Below are positions 1 through 9,989 of a DNA stretch of 64,000 bases, piece after piece; positions within the stretch are counted from its first letter, which is position 1, and each line of letters starts with the position of its first letter. The position numbers and the translations under genes were made by a program. Under the pieces are notes generated by a model. The model worked only from the letters and a program-made list of their open reading frames with translations, was not told the origin of the DNA and did not search any database. This DNA comes from Shigella phage SP21535. Where the stretch lies: the sequence record PQ615101. One strand, given 5' to 3'.

Positions 1-167
1 TTATTGCGTATCTTTTTAATATAATCACCGGAACCTATATACTTGTCATTTTCTAAATCAAAATATCTAGATTCATGTTTACCAATATAAACACGTACTA
101 ATCCTTTCGGATTAGTAACGGTTGTTTTATATATGTATCTAAATTGAACAGTGTTAGATTTTTTCAT
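1..167 (-). CDS. GIY-YIG (seg-like) homing endonuclease, N-terminal part only; gene continues past window start
   Basis: Minus-strand ATG at 165-167 behind GAGGTG; translation MKKSNTVQFRYIYKTTVTNPKGLVRVYIGKHE..YIGSGDY resembles segB N-terminus. Confidence 0.55.
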   Translation of the reverse strand, partial: MKKSNTVQFRYIYKTTVTNPKGLVRVYIGKHESRYFDLENDKYIGSGDYIKKIRN

Positions 168-185
168 AATTCACCTCTGAATTAT

Positions 186-1916
186 TTATAAACCTACGTC
201 TATACGGCTACCATCAATTGTGTATTGACCAGATGAAATAGAACTCATAGATGCCATTTTTTCTGTCCAATCACCACCAACGTCCCAATCAACTGTCCCA
301 GCAACTTTCCAAGAAAGATTTCCATTTACTGTATTAGTCTGGTTTCCTTCAACTAAAGTGGTAGCATCCCCTTTAACTGTAATGTCAGCATTACCTTCAA
401 CTACAATAGTAACATTACCTTTAACTAGGATAGTTCCATTACCTTCAACTGTCTTAGTTTCATCGCCACGTACAAATATTGTATTGCTTCCATCTATTTG
501 GTGGAGACGATTATCCATGTTGTAATAAATTTCTGACCCACCGACGTTAGTCTTTTTATCGCCAGCTACCAAAAAATTACCATCAGCATTTGTTATATCA
601 TACAAATTATCAACAGTTTTTCTTGTTCTTCTTCCTGACGGTGATACTTCCTCATATGTTCCAGTCGGATGAACTAATCTGTATCGTTCTTGTCCCGGGG
701 TATCGTCAAATTCCTGAATATGACCGCTTTCAGTTTCCATTGTGTGAACATACGGATATTCACCTTTATATGAAGAAACAGGTTCTTTAAATAAAATTCT
801 CGAATCATTCGGAATAGGAGGGTCAGCTGGATCAGAAGACTTTGCTACAGCAGCAGCCATTGCTGACAAAGACCTAGCCGGTGTTTTCACTTCAATACCG
901 TATGATTCCAAATTACCGGTAAGAATAATCATGGTAACACGGGATGCACGGCCTTTTGTTTGTTGATACCACAATGAATCACGACCAGCTTTATATGCTT
1001 TTTCCCAATCTCCGGCTAACATAGCAGTTAACATTGTGTTAAATTTAGCTACACCGCCAACACCCATTTGGAATGCCATATTTTCTAATGCCATTTGACG
1101 AGAACGATTAACTGCCTGCCAAACTGGGCCAACTTTAGAATGTGATTTAATGTCACGTTGCATATCAGCTAAATCACGTTCAAATAAAGTTACCGCTTCT
1201 TCCATTGTAATAGAACCTGGATTTCCGGTAATTTCACGACCAACTTGTTTTGATAAAACTTTATTAATTTGGGCCATATCACGAACTGGCTGCTTCATGA
1301 TAAGATGACCAATACCAATTGTCGGATATCCTTCGGTATCCCAATAAACTTTTAGTCTTAATCCTTCATCGCGGCGAAGCATTTCAGCCATTGACATATT
1401 TGGATTATCATCAGTTGGAATCTCTGATAGTGGTCTATCATCAGGATTTATCGCAGTGTCTAAATTACTATCTTGGATAATATTAGAAGACGAATCATAT
1501 CCTACTTCTCCGCCTTGGTTTAATACGTTAGTATCATTTCCTAGACGTCTAGGATACTGTCCAGTCGGGTCAGAAAATCCTTCAAGTCTATTAGGCTTTT
1601 CGCGAACTATTCCACCATACGTGCCAAGGACAATTCCGTTAGTTTTCCATTTGTCTAAAAAATGACCATAAACTCTAGTTCCTTCTACCGGTCCAGTAAC
1701 AGAACCTCCAATTCCAGACATTGCTGCAGAAGTTATAGGTTGAATAACTGACATCCATGGTAATTTATCAGTTGGAATACCCATTACATCGCCTTGCGCT
1801 CTTTGAGGTGGATGCAGACCAACCACACGAACACGAACACGACCTAATTTTAATGGGTCCATTCTATCTTCAACAACACCAACAAACCAGTTGAGGTTAT
1901 TACTTATCATTTCCAT
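186..1916 (-). CDS. 5: baseplate hub / tail-associated lysozyme gp5
   Basis: 576 aa; internal T4-lysozyme-like domain (MAEMLRRDEGLRLKVYWDTEGYPTIGIGHL) and C-terminal VxGxxxxxV beta-helix repeats. Confidence 0.93.
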   Translation of the reverse strand: MEMISNNLNWFVGVVEDRMDPLKLGRVRVRVVGLHPPQRAQGDVMGIPTDKLPWMSVIQPITSAAMSGIGGSVTGPVEGTRVYGHFLDKWKTNGIVLGTYGGIVREKPNRLEGFSDPTGQYPRRLGNDTNVLNQGGEVGYDSSSNIIQDSNLDTAINPDDRPLSEIPTDDNPNMSMAEMLRRDEGLRLKVYWDTEGYPTIGIGHLIMKQPVRDMAQINKVLSKQVGREITGNPGSITMEEAVTLFERDLADMQRDIKSHSKVGPVWQAVNRSRQMALENMAFQMGVGGVAKFNTMLTAMLAGDWEKAYKAGRDSLWYQQTKGRASRVTMIILTGNLESYGIEVKTPARSLSAMAAAVAKSSDPADPPIPNDSRILFKEPVSSYKGEYPYVHTMETESGHIQEFDDTPGQERYRLVHPTGTYEEVSPSGRRTRKTVDNLYDITNADGNFLVAGDKKTNVGGSEIYYNMDNRLHQIDGSNTIFVRGDETKTVEGNGTILVKGNVTIVVEGNADITVKGDATTLVEGNQTNTVNGNLSWKVAGTVDWDVGGDWTEKMASMSSISSGQYTIDGSRIDVGL

Positions 1917-2490
1917 AAGATTTCTCCATTATACGTATAAGGTCGTTCATAAATGAATTAATGTCTGATTTTGCTATTATTTTTATTTGACGAAGTTTTT
2001 CATTTTCAAGAACAGCAGCTTCATACGTATCAACAGCAGCAAGTGCTCCTTCATATTGAGGATATTTTCTAGCTTTATCGCCTTTATCATACCAAACATA
2101 TGGATTATCATCGTATGATATTAAATTATAAAATTTTTCACCATTCTCATTCACGTGATATACTATTTGGTCTCCACCTACGTTTTTGTATTTTTGTATA
2201 GATGCTTGATAAGCAGCTTCTTGCGAAGTAATCCATCCATAATACGGATCATAATTATCATTACACATCAATAAAACCCAATACAACTGTGGATTTCCAT
2301 ATATAGCATTTGCTAATTCTTCCGGGCGTGGTGAACCTTTAATATAATAAGTACGTAAGCGGTATCCCGCAAGAGCGCGTTTGAAATAGTCTTTATAGTT
2401 TCTAAAAATATCTGTCATAGGAATAGTCGGCGCGTTTTTATTCACCGTTTTGGCCGCATATTCAATCGGATCAAAAAATGTAAAGAGCAT
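1900..2490 (-). CDS. 53: baseplate wedge protein gp53
   Basis: 196 aa (T4 gp53 is 196 aa), directly upstream of gene 5 on the same strand, late promoter in front. Confidence 0.8.
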   Translation of the reverse strand: MLFTFFDPIEYAAKTVNKNAPTIPMTDIFRNYKDYFKRALAGYRLRTYYIKGSPRPEELANAIYGNPQLYWVLLMCNDNYDPYYGWITSQEAAYQASIQKYKNVGGDQIVYHVNENGEKFYNLISYDDNPYVWYDKGDKARKYPQYEGALAAVDTYEAAVLENEKLRQIKIIAKSDINSFMNDLIRIMEKSYGNDK

Positions 2491-2503
2491 GGGCCCTCCT
2501 GTT

Positions 2504-2511
2504 TATAAATA
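2504..2511 (+). promoter_or_regulatory. late promoter TATAAATA for gene 4
   Basis: Exact TATAAATA 26 nt upstream of gene 4 ATG. Confidence 0.6.
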
Positions 2512-2518
2512 TATTATC

Positions 2519-2526
2519 TATTTATA
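2519..2526 (-). promoter_or_regulatory. late promoter TATAAATA (minus strand) for genes 53 and 5
   Basis: Reverse complement reads TATAAATA about 29 nt upstream of gene 53 start. Confidence 0.6.
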
Positions 2527-2537
2527 AGGAGAATCCA

Positions 2538-2990
2538 ATGGCATATTCTGGAAAATGGGTTCCTAAAAATATATCAAAATACAGAGGTGACCCTAAAAAA
2601 ATTACGTATAGATCAAATTGGGAAAAATTCTTTTTTGAATGGTTAGATAAAAATCCAGAAATTATTGCATGGGGTAGTGAAACAGCAGTAATTCCTTATT
2701 TTTGTAATGCAGAAGGGAAAAAACGTAGATACTTCATGGATATTTGGATGAAAGATTCTTCTGGACAAGAATTTTTTATTGAAATAAAACCTAAAAAAGA
2801 AACACAACCACCAGTTAAACCAGCACATCTAACAACTGCAGCGAAGAAAAGATTTATGAATGAAATTTATACATATTCCGTTAATACTGACAAATGGAAA
2901 GCAGCACAATCTTTAGCTGAAAAGCGTGGAATAAAATTTAGAATTTTAACAGAAGATGGATTACGAGCTCTTGGCTTTAAGGGGGCATAA
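2538..2990 (+). CDS. 4: head completion protein gp4
   Basis: 150 aa, matches T4 gp4 length and position between 53 and 2. Confidence 0.8.
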   Translation: MAYSGKWVPKNISKYRGDPKKITYRSNWEKFFFEWLDKNPEIIAWGSETAVIPYFCNAEGKKRRYFMDIWMKDSSGQEFFIEIKPKKETQPPVKPAHLTTAAKKRFMNEIYTYSVNTDKWKAAQSLAEKRGIKFRILTEDGLRALGFKGA

Positions 2991-3814
2991 TGGCTATTTT
3001 TCAAATAATTAATGAAAGCACTCCCCAAGTTCCAAAGGTTAAGCAATCATTAAACGAAAAGAAATGGATTCAGATAGGTCTTGAATACAAAAAGGCCAAA
3101 GCAAAAGGAATGACAGGAAAGCAATTTGCTGAAGAAAGAGGAATCAAATACTCTACGTTTACTTCGGCAATGTCAAAATATGCTTCAGGAATTAAAACAG
3201 CCGAAAAGATTCAAAAACTTGAATCAAAACCAATGAATAAACTCAATAAGCAAGAAAGACAACTGCTTATGATAAATTCATTCAGACAAACATTGCGTGA
3301 TAAAATTCGTAATGAAGGTGCAGCAATTAATAATAAAACCAGAAAGTGGTTTGCTGAAACTATTAAGCAAGTAAAAGGACATAAAGTTGTTCGCCCGCAG
3401 CCGGGACGAATATATGCTTTTGCTTACGATGCTAAACACAAAGAAACTCTTCCTTACTGGGATAAATTTCCTTTGATAATTTACCTCGGTTTAGGTAAAC
3501 ATAATTTAATGTACGGATTGAACTTGCACTATATTCCACCTAAAGCTCGTCAGCAATTTCTAGAAGAGCTTTTAAAGCAATATTCAAATACACCTACTAT
3601 TACTAATAAAACGAAATTAAAAATTGATTGGAGTCAAGTGAAAGGATTTAGGGGTGCAGACCAAATGATTAAGGCATATATACCTGGTAATATTATGGGT
3701 AGCCTTGTTGAAATCGCCCCGAAAGACTGGGCGAACGTTGTGTTAATGCCACTCCAAAGCTTTTACTCCAAAGGAAAACGTTTCTCTGCAAACAAAGTCT
3801 GGTCAAATATCTAA
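2990..3814 (+). CDS. 2: DNA end protector protein gp2
   Basis: 274 aa, matches T4 gp2 length and synteny. Confidence 0.8.
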   Translation: MAIFQIINESTPQVPKVKQSLNEKKWIQIGLEYKKAKAKGMTGKQFAEERGIKYSTFTSAMSKYASGIKTAEKIQKLESKPMNKLNKQERQLLMINSFRQTLRDKIRNEGAAINNKTRKWFAETIKQVKGHKVVRPQPGRIYAFAYDAKHKETLPYWDKFPLIIYLGLGKHNLMYGLNLHYIPPKARQQFLEELLKQYSNTPTITNKTKLKIDWSQVKGFRGADQMIKAYIPGNIMGSLVEIAPKDWANVVLMPLQSFYSKGKRFSANKVWSNI

Positions 3815-3920
3815 TTCTATTATCTTCCATTCTTTTCTGTTGTTTGTTCTAATTGGAATTGAATGGAAGGGACTTAGACCCATTATACCACCAACATTTA
3901 TAAAGCATTATGAGGAATAT

Positions 3921-4451
3921 ATGTCACAAGCTCTGCAACAAATTTTTAACCAAGCAAATACAACTAACTTTGTAGTATCAATACCACATAGTAATACTAC
4001 ATCTGCTTTTACTTTAAATGCTCAGTCAGTTCCTATTCCGGGAATTAGGATACCTGTTACTGATACCGTGACTGGGCCGTTTGGACTAGGCCGAGCACAG
4101 CGTCCAGGAGTTACATTTGAGTACGATCCACTCATCGTGAGATTTATAGTTGATGAAGAGCTTAAGTCATGGATAGGAATGTATGAATGGATGCTAGGAA
4201 CTAGTAACTATCTTACAGGCGAAAATACTGCCCAAAAAACAGGTCCTGAATACATTACGCTTTACATTTTAGATAATAGTAAAACTGAAATCGTGATGTC
4301 AATAAATTTTTATAAGCCCTGGGTTTCTGACCTGTCTGAAGTAGAATTTAGCTACACAGAAGATTCAGACCCAGCCTTAGTATGCACAGCAACGATTCCT
4401 TATACGTATTTTCAAGTAGAAAAAGATGGAAAAATTATAGCAGAAGTTTAA
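3921..4451 (+). CDS. 3: tail completion / sheath stabiliser gp3
   Basis: Track ORF 3840..4451; ATG at 3921 behind GAGG gives 176 aa as in T4 gp3. Confidence 0.75.
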   Translation: MSQALQQIFNQANTTNFVVSIPHSNTTSAFTLNAQSVPIPGIRIPVTDTVTGPFGLGRAQRPGVTFEYDPLIVRFIVDEELKSWIGMYEWMLGTSNYLTGENTAQKTGPEYITLYILDNSKTEIVMSINFYKPWVSDLSEVEFSYTEDSDPALVCTATIPYTYFQVEKDGKIIAEV

Positions 4452-4500
4452 TGCTTCAGTTTCATGTGTTATAATCTTAACTAAATTTGAGGAGAAACAT

Positions 4501-5213
4501 ATGAAACTAATCTTTTTAAGTGGTGTAAAGCGTAGTGGAAAAGATACTACTGCAGATTTTATTATGAATAATTATTCTGCAGTTAAATATCAACTTGCTG
4601 GTCCTATTAAGGATGCATTGGCTTATGCATGGGGTGTATTTGCAGCAAACACTGGCTATCCTTGTTTAACTCGTAAAGAGTTTGAAGGAATTGACTATGA
4701 TCGTGAAACTAATTTAAATCTGACTAAATTAGAAGTAATTACGATTATGGAACAAGCATTTTGCTATCTTAATAGTAAAAGCCCAATTAAAGATGTGTTT
4801 GTTTTTGATGACGCAGTTAATTTCGTAGCATTTAACAAGATTGCTGACGTTATAAATAATATTGAAGATCAATGGTCAGTCCGTCGTCTGATGCAAGCCC
4901 TAGGTACGGATTTGATTGTTAATAACTTCGACCGCATGTATTGGGTAAAATTATTTGCTTTAGATTATCTTGATAAATTTAACTCAGGTTATGATTATTA
5001 TATCGTTCCTGATACTCGTCAAGATCATGAAATGGATGCGGCTAGGGCGATGGGTGCTACAGTAATTCATGTAGTTCGTCCTGGTCAAAAATCCAATGAT
5101 ACACATATTACAGAAGCTGGATTGCCAATTCGTGATGGCGATTTAGTAATTACAAACGACGGTTCTCTTGAAGAACTTTTTTCTAAAATTAAAAATACAC
5201 TAAAGGTACTATA

Positions 5214-5214
<1 letters not shown>
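4501..5214 (+). CDS. 1: deoxynucleoside monophosphate kinase gp1
   Basis: 237 aa; position before 57A; T4 gp1 is 241 aa. Confidence 0.85.
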
Positions 5215-5911
<697 letters not shown>

Positions 5912-5923
5912 TTTCACAAAGTT

Positions 5924-5954
5924 GTTTACACGTTGATGAGGTAGTGATACTATT
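5924..5954 (+). promoter_or_regulatory. early promoter (GTTTAC -35, TGaTACTAT extended -10) inside inverted repeat
   Basis: GTTTAC then 15 nt then TGATACTAT; flanked by TTGATGAG / CTCATCAA inverted repeat. Confidence 0.6.
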
Positions 5955-5983
5955 ATCTCATCAAAATTAATTAGGAAAATAAA

Positions 5984-6271
5984 ATGAAAACTTTCAAAGA
6001 ATTTACTTCTACAACTACCCCGGTTTCTACTATTACCGAAGCTACTCTTACTTCTGAGGTTATTAAAGCAAATAAAGGACGAGAAGGTAAACCAATGATT
6101 AGTCTGGCTGATGGTGAAGAAATCAAAGGTACTGTTTACCTAGGTGATGGGTGGTCTGCTAAAAAGGATGGTGCTACAATCGTTATCTCTCCTGCTGAAG
6201 AAACTGCGTTGTTTAAAGCTAAACACATTTCTGCGGCACATCTCAAAATTATTGCTAAAAATCTTTTGTAA
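5984..6271 (+). CDS. ipI: internal protein at the ipI locus
   Basis: 95 aa (T4 IPI is 95 aa); N-terminus MKTFKEF.. resembles capsid targeting sequence; body differs from T4 IPI. Confidence 0.6.
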   Translation: MKTFKEFTSTTTPVSTITEATLTSEVIKANKGREGKPMISLADGEEIKGTVYLGDGWSAKKDGATIVISPAEETALFKAKHISAAHLKIIAKNLL

Positions 6272-6290
6272 TAAATAATTTCACAAAGTT

Positions 6291-6321
6291 GTTTACATAG
6301 GGTTTTAGTTGTGATACTATT
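6291..6321 (+). promoter_or_regulatory. early promoter
   Basis: ATTTCACAAAGTTGTTTACA upstream element shared with 5907-5929 and 37305-37329; TGATACTAT -10. Confidence 0.6.
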
Positions 6322-6348
6322 ACCCTATCAACTACTGAGGAGAATAAA

Positions 6349-6534
6349 ATGAAACGTTGTGAATTAATTCGAAATGTTGCTATTGCAATTTCTGCTTCCG
6401 CTTTTAGTTTTTCAATGTTTGTTGGATTTATATGTGGATTATTAACTACAGCAGAAAATGTGTTTTCACTTGTAGTAGCATTTTTAATTGGTTTAATTGC
6501 TATCGTTATGGATAAAATTTCTAAAGGTGAATAG
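6349..6534 (+). CDS. small hydrophobic membrane protein
   Basis: 61 aa, GGAG SD, two predicted TM segments. Confidence 0.55.
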   Translation: MKRCELIRNVAIAISASAFSFSMFVGFICGLLTTAENVFSLVVAFLIGLIAIVMDKISKGE

Positions 6535-6535
6535 A

Positions 6536-6916
6536 ATGTACAAAGTGTATGCGGATTATCAGGCTAATCCATCTGAAAAGCCAGGTTGTCAAATTGGATG
6601 GGCTCATGATACTTTGCTTGAAGCAGTAGATGCTGCTCAAAAATTGGGATATAAATATGTAGAGATTGTTCAACCGTCAGGAAAAGTTATTACTCTTGAA
6701 GAGTTCAATAACATTAAACCAAACTTTTTACTTTTTGCAGGTGATAATTATTATCCTCGTGGTGGATATGCTGATTTAATCGCGAAAGCCGCCACTGAAG
6801 ATGAACTCCGTGATATTATCAAAGAAAATGAAAATAAACCAGATTATGGTTCCAATCGTTTCGATTGGTGGCAAATTGTAAATGCCAATACTCATACTAT
6901 TGTTGATGAAGGCTGA
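6536..6916 (+). CDS. hypothetical protein
   Basis: Track ORF 6497..6916; first ATG at about 6536 (MYKVYADYQ..). Confidence 0.55.
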   Translation: MYKVYADYQANPSEKPGCQIGWAHDTLLEAVDAAQKLGYKYVEIVQPSGKVITLEEFNNIKPNFLLFAGDNYYPRGGYADLIAKAATEDELRDIIKENENKPDYGSNRFDWWQIVNANTHTIVDEG

Positions 6917-6918
6917 TA

Positions 6919-7206
6919 ATGATTCTTTATGCGAAAGTATCATCCATTGAAAATGGATATAAATATGATCAAGAAGCAGCTAAAGCCTTGATTGATGATT
7001 ATGGCGTTTTAACATGTTTTGAAGTTGAAAAGGTTTATGTTGACCGTTCATCTTCTCAAGTTAAATTAGTGAAGGAAGACCGTAAATTTAATACAGTAAA
7101 TTTTGATTTCTTTATTGAAACAGAAAAAGGTCCTCTTGAATATGATATTTTCAAGAATCCTTTGGGTCTTGAATGCATCGTAAGTATGTATCATCATAAA
7201 TGGTAA
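6919..7206 (+). CDS. hypothetical protein
   Basis: 95 aa ORF, ATG overlaps preceding stop region. Confidence 0.55.
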   Translation: MILYAKVSSIENGYKYDQEAAKALIDDYGVLTCFEVEKVYVDRSSSQVKLVKEDRKFNTVNFDFFIETEKGPLEYDIFKNPLGLECIVSMYHHKW

Positions 7207-7303
7207 ATATGCTTTAAGAATTATTTGTTATTATTAACTCATATCGCACTGATTAATACCCTCTATCATCAAGGGTTCTTGTTAGAGAGCCTTTGTTAAT
7301 AAT

Positions 7304-7376
7304 TGGGAATTAGCCAAGTTGGTAAGGCATAGCACTTTGACTGCTAGATGCAAAGGTTCGAGTCCTTTATTCCCAG
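7304..7376 (+). tRNA. tRNA-Gln (anticodon UUG)
   Basis: Cloverleaf folded by hand: acceptor TGGGAAT/ATTCCCA, anticodon loop cTTTGac, T-arm GGTTCGAGTCC. Confidence 0.8.
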
Positions 7377-7377
7377 C

Positions 7378-7464
7378 GCGAGAATGGTCAAATTGGTAAA
7401 GGCACAGCACTTAAAATGCTGCGGAATGATTTCCTTGTGGGTTCGAGTCCCACTTCTCGTACCA
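7378..7464 (+). tRNA. tRNA-Leu (anticodon UAA), long variable arm, CCA encoded
   Basis: Acceptor GCGAGAA/TTCTCGT, anticodon loop TTAA, T-arm GGTTCGAGTCC, ends ACCA. Confidence 0.75.
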
Positions 7465-7470
7465 AAGTTT

Positions 7471-7542
<72 letters not shown>

Positions 7543-7554
7543 AAATTTAATTTA

Positions 7555-7628
7555 CTCCGTGTAGCTCAGTTTGGTAGAGCGTCTGCTTTGGGAGCAGAAT
7601 GTCGCAGGTTCAAATCCTGCCGCGGAGA
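7555..7628 (+). tRNA. tRNA-Pro (anticodon UGG)
   Basis: Acceptor CTCCGTG/CGCGGAG, anticodon loop tTTGGga, T-arm GCAGGTTCAAATCCTGC. Confidence 0.8.
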
Positions 7629-7630
7629 CT

Positions 7631-7717
7631 GGAGGCGTGGCAGAGTGGTTTAATGCACCGGTCTTGAAAACCGGCAGTCGCTCCGGCGACTCATAGGTTC
7701 GAATCCTATCGCCTCCG
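7631..7717 (+). tRNA. tRNA-Ser (anticodon UGA), long variable arm
   Basis: Acceptor GGAGGCG/CGCCTCC, anticodon stem CCGGT/ACCGG loop CTTGAAA. Confidence 0.8.
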
Positions 7718-7724
7718 TAATTTC

Positions 7725-7797
7725 GCTGATTTAGCTCAGTAGGTAGAGCACCTCACTTGTAATGAGGACGTCGGCGGTTCGATTCCGTCAATCAGCA
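7725..7797 (+). tRNA. tRNA-Thr (anticodon UGU)
   Basis: Acceptor GCTGATT/AATCAGC, anticodon stem CCTCA/TGAGG loop CTTGTAA. Confidence 0.8.
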
Positions 7798-7803
7798 TAT
7801 CAA

Positions 7804-7875
7804 GGCCCTGTAGCTGGAAGGTTCAAGCAAGCGACTCATAATCGCCAGATGGTGGTTCAATTCCACCCAGGGCCA
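7804..7875 (+). tRNA. tRNA-Ile (anticodon CAU, presumably modified to read AUA as in T4)
   Basis: Acceptor GGCCCTG/CAGGGCC, anticodon loop cTCATAa, T-arm GGTTCAATTCC. Confidence 0.75.
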
Positions 7876-7916
7876 TATTTTGGGAACATAAATACTCTTA
7901 GAAATAGGAGATATTT

Positions 7917-8582
7917 ATGTTCCATTACACTTATAAAATAACAAATAAAATTAATAATAAAATTTATATTGGTGTGCATTCTACCGAAAATTTAGATGAT
8001 GGATATATGGGTTCTGGTAAATTATTAAAAAGAGCCCAAGACAAGTATGGTATAGAAAATTTCTCTAAAGAAATATTAGAGTATTTTGATGATAAAGAAT
8101 CTATGCTTGAAGCCGAGAAAAATATTGTCACAGAAGAGTTTTTAAATAGACCAGATGTGTATAATTTAAAACTTGGCGGTGAAGGTGGATGGGACCATAT
8201 AAATATTCCTGGGATGCTAAACCAGAAGAAAGATGCTAGCTTAAAAGGAGCTAAATCGTTTAAATCACGTTTTGAAAATGATATTTTACTTCAAGAAAAA
8301 TATCGTAAAATTGGTTCAAATGTATTTAAACGTTTGTGGTCAACTCCTGAATACAAGGAAAAATTTTTAAATAATAGCAGATTTTTAAATAAGCATCATA
8401 CTCCTGAAACTATTAATAAAATGAAAGAAATTCACGCTAAAAATAATCACCAGAAAGGAGAAAAGAATTCCCAATTTGGTATGATGTGGATTCATTCATT
8501 AGATGAAAAAGTTTCTAAACGTATTAAGAAAACTGACCCAATTCCAGAAGGATGGTTTAAAGGTCGAAAAATGAAATTTTAA
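7917..8582 (+). CDS. segB: GIY-YIG homing endonuclease SegB
   Basis: 221 aa inside the tRNA cluster as in T4; YKITNKINNKIYIGVHSTENLDDGYMGSG GIY-YIG motif. Confidence 0.85.
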   Translation: MFHYTYKITNKINNKIYIGVHSTENLDDGYMGSGKLLKRAQDKYGIENFSKEILEYFDDKESMLEAEKNIVTEEFLNRPDVYNLKLGGEGGWDHINIPGMLNQKKDASLKGAKSFKSRFENDILLQEKYRKIGSNVFKRLWSTPEYKEKFLNNSRFLNKHHTPETINKMKEIHAKNNHQKGEKNSQFGMMWIHSLDEKVSKRIKKTDPIPEGWFKGRKMKF

Positions 8583-8585
8583 TTA

Positions 8586-8662
<77 letters not shown>

Positions 8663-8975
8663 GACAAGAAACCGGGTCGCTACCGGTAAGTCGTCGGACT
8701 GATGTTCCCTGGGTAAGGAATTGCGTTAATAAATCTTTATGATTTGTTGATGCCCTCTTACATCACAGCAGAAACGGCGCACCGAATTATCGATTCGAGG
8801 AAATATCTTTGCCGTAAGCCGAGTAGCGTTTTTGACGGAACGTTCGGATATGGTCGAGATATGGCCTTTTAAAAATATTAAGTAGCGTCAACTGCTTAAT
8901 AACCGGGTTCGAATCCCGGCGTTTCGTACAAACACTTGCCTTAGCAGGTGGAACCCCGACAAGGTTGCCGCAAGG
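8663..8975 (+). ncRNA. structured non-coding region, probably the small stable RNAs that follow the T4 tRNA cluster
   Basis: No ORF; tRNA-like T-arm CCGGGTTCGAATCCCGG; ends at strong terminator; T4 encodes two stable RNAs here. Confidence 0.4.
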
Positions 8976-8980
8976 CTTTA

Positions 8981-9008
8981 GCCCCGACCGAAAGGTTGGG
9001 GCTTTTTG
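8981..9008 (+). terminator. rho-independent terminator (GAAA tetraloop hairpin + T-run)
   Basis: GCCCCGACC-GAAA-GGTTGGGGC followed by TTTTTGG. Confidence 0.8.
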
Positions 9009-9009
9009 G

Positions 9010-9017
9010 TATAAATA
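9010..9017 (+). promoter_or_regulatory. late promoter TATAAATA
   Basis: Exact TATAAATA 40 nt upstream of ATG 9057. Confidence 0.6.
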
Positions 9018-9056
9018 TAGTAGTATATTAAATCACGAATTAAAACAGGAAATAAG

Positions 9057-9515
9057 ATGAAATCATATGCTCAATTTTTAAATGAAGCATCCGCTTCAGA
9101 TGTTCGCGCTGTAGCAACTGCTGCTATTAAAGCTGGTAAATATTCTTATAAAGATGCTTCTGACGAATCTCGGTACAAGTTCTACGACGATATGAGAGCT
9201 GAAGGCTTTGTGGGTAACTATGTTACCACCGCCTGGAAAAGCCTGGTTGCTACTGGTGCGGCTTTCGAAAAACCTTCTGGTAAACCTGCTCCTAAGGCTG
9301 ACCCTAAAGCAGCACAAGAAAAAAATATTGCTAAAGGAATTATTTCTAGGTATGAAGCAATTCTTAAAGAACTTTTGGTAATTAAGACCGAAGGCCAGAA
9401 ACTTGCGCGAGCTCATAGTTTCAAAGATAACCCACATGCTCATGACCTAGAGTATGTTGAAGATCTCCAAAAAATCATCAAAGACCGCATTTGGTCTGCT
9501 AAACAAATTAAATAA
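9057..9515 (+). CDS. internal-protein-like protein with N-terminal capsid targeting sequence
   Basis: 152 aa; N-terminus MKSYAQFLNEA fits the MKTYQEFIAEA targeting motif of T4 internal proteins; late promoter upstream. Confidence 0.6.
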   Translation: MKSYAQFLNEASASDVRAVATAAIKAGKYSYKDASDESRYKFYDDMRAEGFVGNYVTTAWKSLVATGAAFEKPSGKPAPKADPKAAQEKNIAKGIISRYEAILKELLVIKTEGQKLARAHSFKDNPHAHDLEYVEDLQKIIKDRIWSAKQIK

Positions 9516-9523
9516 CATTCTTA

Positions 9524-9549
9524 GCCCCAGCCGAAAGGTTGGGGCTTTT
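9524..9549 (+). terminator. rho-independent terminator, near-duplicate of 8981-9008
   Basis: GCCCCAGCC-GAAA-GGTTGGGGC then TTTTGG. Confidence 0.8.
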
Positions 9550-9656
9550 GGTATCTAGGCCTTTCTGGACCTCTCTAGGCATCATTTAGTTTATACCCTT
9601 TATAATATATTATCCTATCCTTTAATTGCCCATCCCTGCCCTAGAATTCCCTAAAA

Positions 9657-9695
9657 CTTCCCCGTTCTTCCATGGTACTATACAACTATCAACTA
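9657..9695 (+). promoter_or_regulatory. early promoter module, repeated sequence family
   Basis: CTTCCCCGTTCTTCCATGGTACTATACAACTATCAACT; 35 nt of it is identical at 51384-51418; core TGGTACTATACAACTATC also at 20574, 24012, 25934. Confidence 0.55.
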
Positions 9696-9725
9696 CTGAT
9701 ACAGAAAAACAACTTGGAGAATGAA

Positions 9726-9989
9726 ATGGATAATTACGGCGAACTGTTCAACTTCTTTATGAAATGCGTTTCAGAAGATTTCGGTCGTACAGTGAATGAT
9801 ATTAAAGTTATCGGTCCTGATCATCCGATGTTTGAAACTTACGCAGTAATGGGTAATGAAGATGGTCAGTGGTATACTGTAAAGGTTGTGATTAACATGT
9901 TCACTGCTGAAAGTTATGTTAAACTGTCTTCTAAAGTTTACCATGATAACGACGAAATCGCAGAAGAATATTTCAATAATATGAAATAA
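9726..9989 (+). CDS. hypothetical protein
   Basis: Track ORF 9672..9989; likely start ATG 9726 behind GGAGAA, 87 aa. Confidence 0.55.
   Translation: MDNYGELFNFFMKCVSEDFGRTVNDIKVIGPDHPMFETYAVMGNEDGQWYTVKVVINMFTAESYVKLSSKVYHDNDEIAEEYFNNMK

Noticed and set aside
590-790. Plus-strand 66-aa ORF inside gene 5
   Set aside because: Embedded antisense within the baseplate hub gene, with no RBS and no promoter.
9672-9725. ORF-track start at 9672 for the 9672..9989 ORF
   Set aside because: That ATG is part of the promoter -10 region (CCATGGTACTAT); the ATG at 9726 behind GGAGAA is the plausible start. Similar TTG/GTG track starts were replaced by downstream ATGs with SD for several ORFs.
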